A DNA stretch of 64,000 bases from Thermosipho sp. (in: thermotogales) (GTDB lineage: Bacteria; Thermotogota; Thermotogae; Thermotogales; Fervidobacteriaceae), in contig JACDOA010000006.1 of the NCBI GenBank assembly GCA_017656335.1, positions 9,151-73,150 on the forward strand, written 5' to 3'. Both the position numbers and the translations under genes were made by a program. Under the pieces are notes generated by a model. The model saw only the letters and a program-made list of their open reading frames with translations, did not search any database and was not told the origin of the DNA. Positions 60,905 through 64,000 of this stretch are shown piece by piece; the first letter of the stretch is position 1, and every line of letters begins with the position of its first letter.

Positions 60905-63299
60905 GAAAATAAATGAAAACTTTGCTCATAGAGTTGGAGAAAAGTTTGAACCATTTCTGGAACATGTAGACAGGACAAAAAAATACTATGATATTCTTAT
61001 TAAATATTATGATATATCAAAAACTATTAATAAATTTCTTAAATATTTCAAAGTTGATACTAAACATTTTGAAACAATAAGAGAAATTATAAAATTTCAT
61101 GATATTGGAAAATTAACAAAGAAATTTCAAAAGGGTCTTAAGAATGGAAAAGTAGATATAACACATAGTGATATAGGTTTTTATGTTATTTTAATACAAC
61201 TTATTGATAAGGTTTTAACAAATGAAATTTCAGAACATGAATTTAAATTTTTGTCAATATTATCAACTGTGGTGCATAGGCACCACAGTTATTTAAAAAA
61301 TATTAATAACCTGAGTCTTTATAATGATTCTAAAAAAGAGTATATTATGGAAATAGCGAGTTATATGTCTTTTTCTAACAATAATATTACTGATTTAATA
61401 GATAAAGCTTTTACTTTCCTAAAAAAATTTAAGCAAATATCTTCAATGTTTAAAAATTTAGAATTTTTCTTTTTTTATAAACTAATAAACTCTCTTTTAA
61501 TAACTTCTGATTATCTTGCAACTCTTGAATTTATGAAAAATATTGAGTTTGAGCCTCAAATTATAGATAAAGAGCTTTCTAAAATAATTGAGAAAAACAT
61601 TCTAACAAAGAGTAAATTTAATCCAATAATTGATGAAAATTTTGACTATTATTTAAAACTTAACGTTTTTAGGAATATTAACGAATTGAGAAGTTCTATT
61701 GCGGCTAATGTAGAGAAAAATTTTGAAAGTAGTAAAAATAAAAACATCTTTTTTATAGAAGTTCCAACTGGTGGAGGAAAGACTAATATTTCTTTAAGGT
61801 TAATAAGAAAACTCCTTTTAGAAAAGAAAAAAGTTTTTTATGTTTTACCTTTTATAAATATCATAGAACAAAATTATGATTATTATTCAAATTTTGTTCC
61901 TTATGACAAAATTACTAGGTATGATCATAAGTATTTTGATTATCCCGATGATGAAAAAAGTTTAGAAAGTCATTATATTGAAACATTATTTTTAAATTTT
62001 CCATTTGTATTTTCTACGCATATTGGTTTTTTTGAGATGTTTTTTGGAAATAGAAAATCAGAAAATTTCAATTTTTACCAGCTTACAAATAGTATTATTG
62101 TTTTGGATGAGATTCAAGCGTATAATCCTAACCTTTGGAATGCCTTATCGCATATTTTTTCAATTTTAAGTGAGTATTTTAATGCAACTATAATAATCAT
62201 GAGTGCTACATTACCAGATCTTAGAAAATTTCTTGATGAAAAAAGGAAAAATAGTATAGAAAATATAACTCCAAATGATTTGATTACCAATAAACTATTT
62301 GATAGAGTTGAAACAGAGTTTATAGAAAATTTTGAACAACAATTGTATAGGGAAATAGAAGATGGAAGAAGAAAGATTCTGGTTGTAGTAAATACAATAA
62401 AAGATTCTTATAAATTGTATACTAAATTGAAAAATAAATATAACGATTATGCAGAAGTCTATATTCTTAATTCAACGTTATTAGATTCAAGAAAAAAAGA
62501 GATAATAAATTATATAAAAAATTATGATGGTAATAAACCACTTATATTGGTTTCTACTCAATCAATAGAAGCAGGTGTGGATTTAGATTTTGATGTAGGT
62601 TTTAGGGCATTTACTTTACTTGATTCTATAATTCAAACAATGGGAAGGATAAACAGAAATGGAAGAATAAAATCTGCAAAGCTTTATCTATTTAATGATG
62701 GTAAATGGAAAAGAATATATTCGAGCGATGAAAGAAAAAAGATATTAGAGGAAAATTTTTCAAAATTTAAAGAGAAAGAATTAACACTAAAAAAATTTTA
62801 TGATATTACAATTGAAAAATTAAAACAAAAGGCAAATATAAAAATAATAAAAGAATATTTGCAAGATTTAAATAATTTAAACTTTGAAGAAATAAATAAA
62901 ATAAAACTTATCAATGGTAATAATTTCTCATTGTTTATACCTTTGGAAATTCCAATTTCTAAAATTTCAAGATTAAAGCCTTTTCTTTTCAAATTTAAAA
63001 TAATATCTTCAGATGAAAAATATTTATCTGGTGAAAGAGTTTGGAATTTTCTTCAAGATAATAATTTTGAATCTTTTGTTGAATACAAGTTGTTTTCTAA
63101 AATATTTTCATTGTTTACTATTTCATTATTCAATTATAAATCAAACACTGGAAAAAATATAAAAGAGCAATTGAAAGATGAAATGTTTGGGGAACTTTAT
63201 TTTGCAGAAGATTACAAAGAATATTACAGTTATGAGTCAGGATTGGATGTTGAAAAATTTCTAGAAATAAAATCAAATAGGGAGTTTGATTTTATATGA
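60882..63299 (+). CDS. cas3: Cas3 HD nuclease-helicase fusion
   Basis: HD domain (FHDIGKLTKKFQ, HRHH), Walker A VPTGGGKTN, DEIQ box and later helicase motifs (VSTQSIEAGVDLDFD, RINR); 805 aa. Confidence 0.9.
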   Translation: MNLFIFSEKINENFAHRVGEKFEPFLEHVDRTKKYYDILIKYYDISKTINKFLKYFKVDTKHFETIREIIKFHDIGKLTKKFQKGLKNGKVDITHSDIGFYVILIQLIDKVLTNEISEHEFKFLSILSTVVHRHHSYLKNINNLSLYNDSKKEYIMEIASYMSFSNNNITDLIDKAFTFLKKFKQISSMFKNLEFFFFYKLINSLLITSDYLATLEFMKNIEFEPQIIDKELSKIIEKNILTKSKFNPIIDENFDYYLKLNVFRNINELRSSIAANVEKNFESSKNKNIFFIEVPTGGGKTNISLRLIRKLLLEKKKVFYVLPFINIIEQNYDYYSNFVPYDKITRYDHKYFDYPDDEKSLESHYIETLFLNFPFVFSTHIGFFEMFFGNRKSENFNFYQLTNSIIVLDEIQAYNPNLWNALSHIFSILSEYFNATIIIMSATLPDLRKFLDEKRKNSIENITPNDLITNKLFDRVETEFIENFEQQLYREIEDGRRKILVVVNTIKDSYKLYTKLKNKYNDYAEVYILNSTLLDSRKKEIINYIKNYDGNKPLILVSTQSIEAGVDLDFDVGFRAFTLLDSIIQTMGRINRNGRIKSAKLYLFNDGKWKRIYSSDERKKILEENFSKFKEKELTLKKFYDITIEKLKQKANIKIIKEYLQDLNNLNFEEINKIKLINGNNFSLFIPLEIPISKISRLKPFLFKFKIISSDEKYLSGERVWNFLQDNNFESFVEYKLFSKIFSLFTISLFNYKSNTGKNIKEQLKDEMFGELYFAEDYKEYYSYESGLDVEKFLEIKSNREFDFI

Positions 63300-63769
63300 C
63301 AGGTAGTGTTTTGCAAGCCTATATGATTTGTAAAAGACAAGCATGGCTTTTAGCACATCAAATAACAGGGGAAAGCGACAATGATTTGTTAGTAATTGGA
63401 AGATTAATTGCACAAGATTCATATTCAAAAGATAAAAAAGAATTAAAAATATTTGATGGAATAGTTGATGTTGTAAGAAATGAAAAAGGAAAGATAAAAA
63501 TCATTGAAGTAAAAAAGTCTTCGAAATCATCAGAAAGTGCGAAATATCAATTACTATTTTATATGTGGAAATTGTCTGTTAAAGAAGGAGAAATAAGAAT
63601 TCCAAAAGAAAAAAAGATTATTAAGGTATTTTTGACAAATGAAAATGAGAAAAAGTTACTATTACTTTTGGAAGAAGCAGAAAAAGTTATAAATAATAAA
63701 GTACCACCTGAACCTGTTCAAAAGAGCTATTGTAAAACATGTTCATATAATTTATTTTGTTGGAGTTGA
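63296..63769 (+). CDS. cas4: Cas4 RecB-like exonuclease
   Basis: N-terminal Cys (CKRQAWL), a D...E-x-K core (DGIVDVV...IIEVKKS), and a C-terminal CKTCSYNLFC cluster; 157 aa. Confidence 0.85.
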   Translation: MTGSVLQAYMICKRQAWLLAHQITGESDNDLLVIGRLIAQDSYSKDKKELKIFDGIVDVVRNEKGKIKIIEVKKSSKSSESAKYQLLFYMWKLSVKEGEIRIPKEKKIIKVFLTNENEKKLLLLLEEAEKVINNKVPPEPVQKSYCKTCSYNLFCWS

Positions 63770-63775
63770 AAAAAT

Positions 63776-64000
63776 ATGAAAGAAAGTGTTTATATTTTTT
63801 CAAATGGTATGTTAAAAAGGCAAGATAATACTCTTTTGTTTATAGATTCGAACAATAAAAAGAAATATATTCCTGTTGAAAATTTAAAGGAAATTCTTGT
63901 TTTTGGAGAAGTTGATTTTAATAAAAGAGTTTTAGAACTTCTTTCACAAAAAGAAATTATATTGTCTTTATTTAATTATTACGGTTTTTATGTTGGAAGC
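63776..64000 (+). CDS. cas1: Cas1 integrase, N-terminal 75 codons (runs off window end)
   Basis: The ATG at 63776 follows GGAG. MKESVYIFSNGMLKRQDNTLLFIDSNNKKKYIPVENLKEILVFGEVDFNKRVLELL matches the type I-B Cas1 N-terminus. Not in the ORF track because it has no stop in the window. Confidence 0.8.
   Translation, partial: MKESVYIFSNGMLKRQDNTLLFIDSNNKKKYIPVENLKEILVFGEVDFNKRVLELLSQKEIILSLFNYYGFYVGS

Overview
Very AT-rich, tightly packed bacterial chromosome segment. There are about 55 protein genes, many with overlapping stop/start codons, and I found no rRNA, tRNA or CRISPR array. An Omp-alpha-like SLH/coiled-coil/TM protein, a short ~820-aa DnaE and a Tneap-style type I-B cas operon suggest Thermotogota; this is inference only. 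Most of the window is housekeeping: phoU, nadK, yggS/yggT, ruvB, acpP, manA-like, murB, nrnA, PNP, rpe, dnaE, mazG, rlmB, rsmB, rnr, ligA, recN, cdd, rsgA, rlmN, rbfA, argS, engB, lon, tsaE and ricT. The 3' end (56.7-64.0 kb) carries cas6-cas8b-cas7-cas5-cas3-cas4-cas1 (cas1 cut by the window edge). A decayed IS256-family transposase sits directly upstream, and no repeat array lies inside the window. The points most worth a second look are: (1) an edge-truncated minus-strand ORF, absent from the ORF track, in which an LptF/LptG-type permease runs in frame into an OstA/LptD-like domain; (2) a 1349-aa pseudokinase-like / P-loop / helical-repeat / GGDEF protein next to a DHH-DHHA1 nanoRNase; (3) a strong internal RBS+ATG in the 3' part of cas8b that would yield a ~120-aa Cas11-like small subunit; (4) a PASTA-only membrane protein where PrpC/PrkC sit in Firmicutes (rlmN ... 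rsgA); (5) a G+C-richer lipoprotein gene isolated between long AT-rich spacers; (6) an orphan ACP translationally coupled to a DUF89 phosphatase. I cannot point to a clearly novel multi-gene system. All family calls come from motif recognition by eye and need HMM or structure confirmation.
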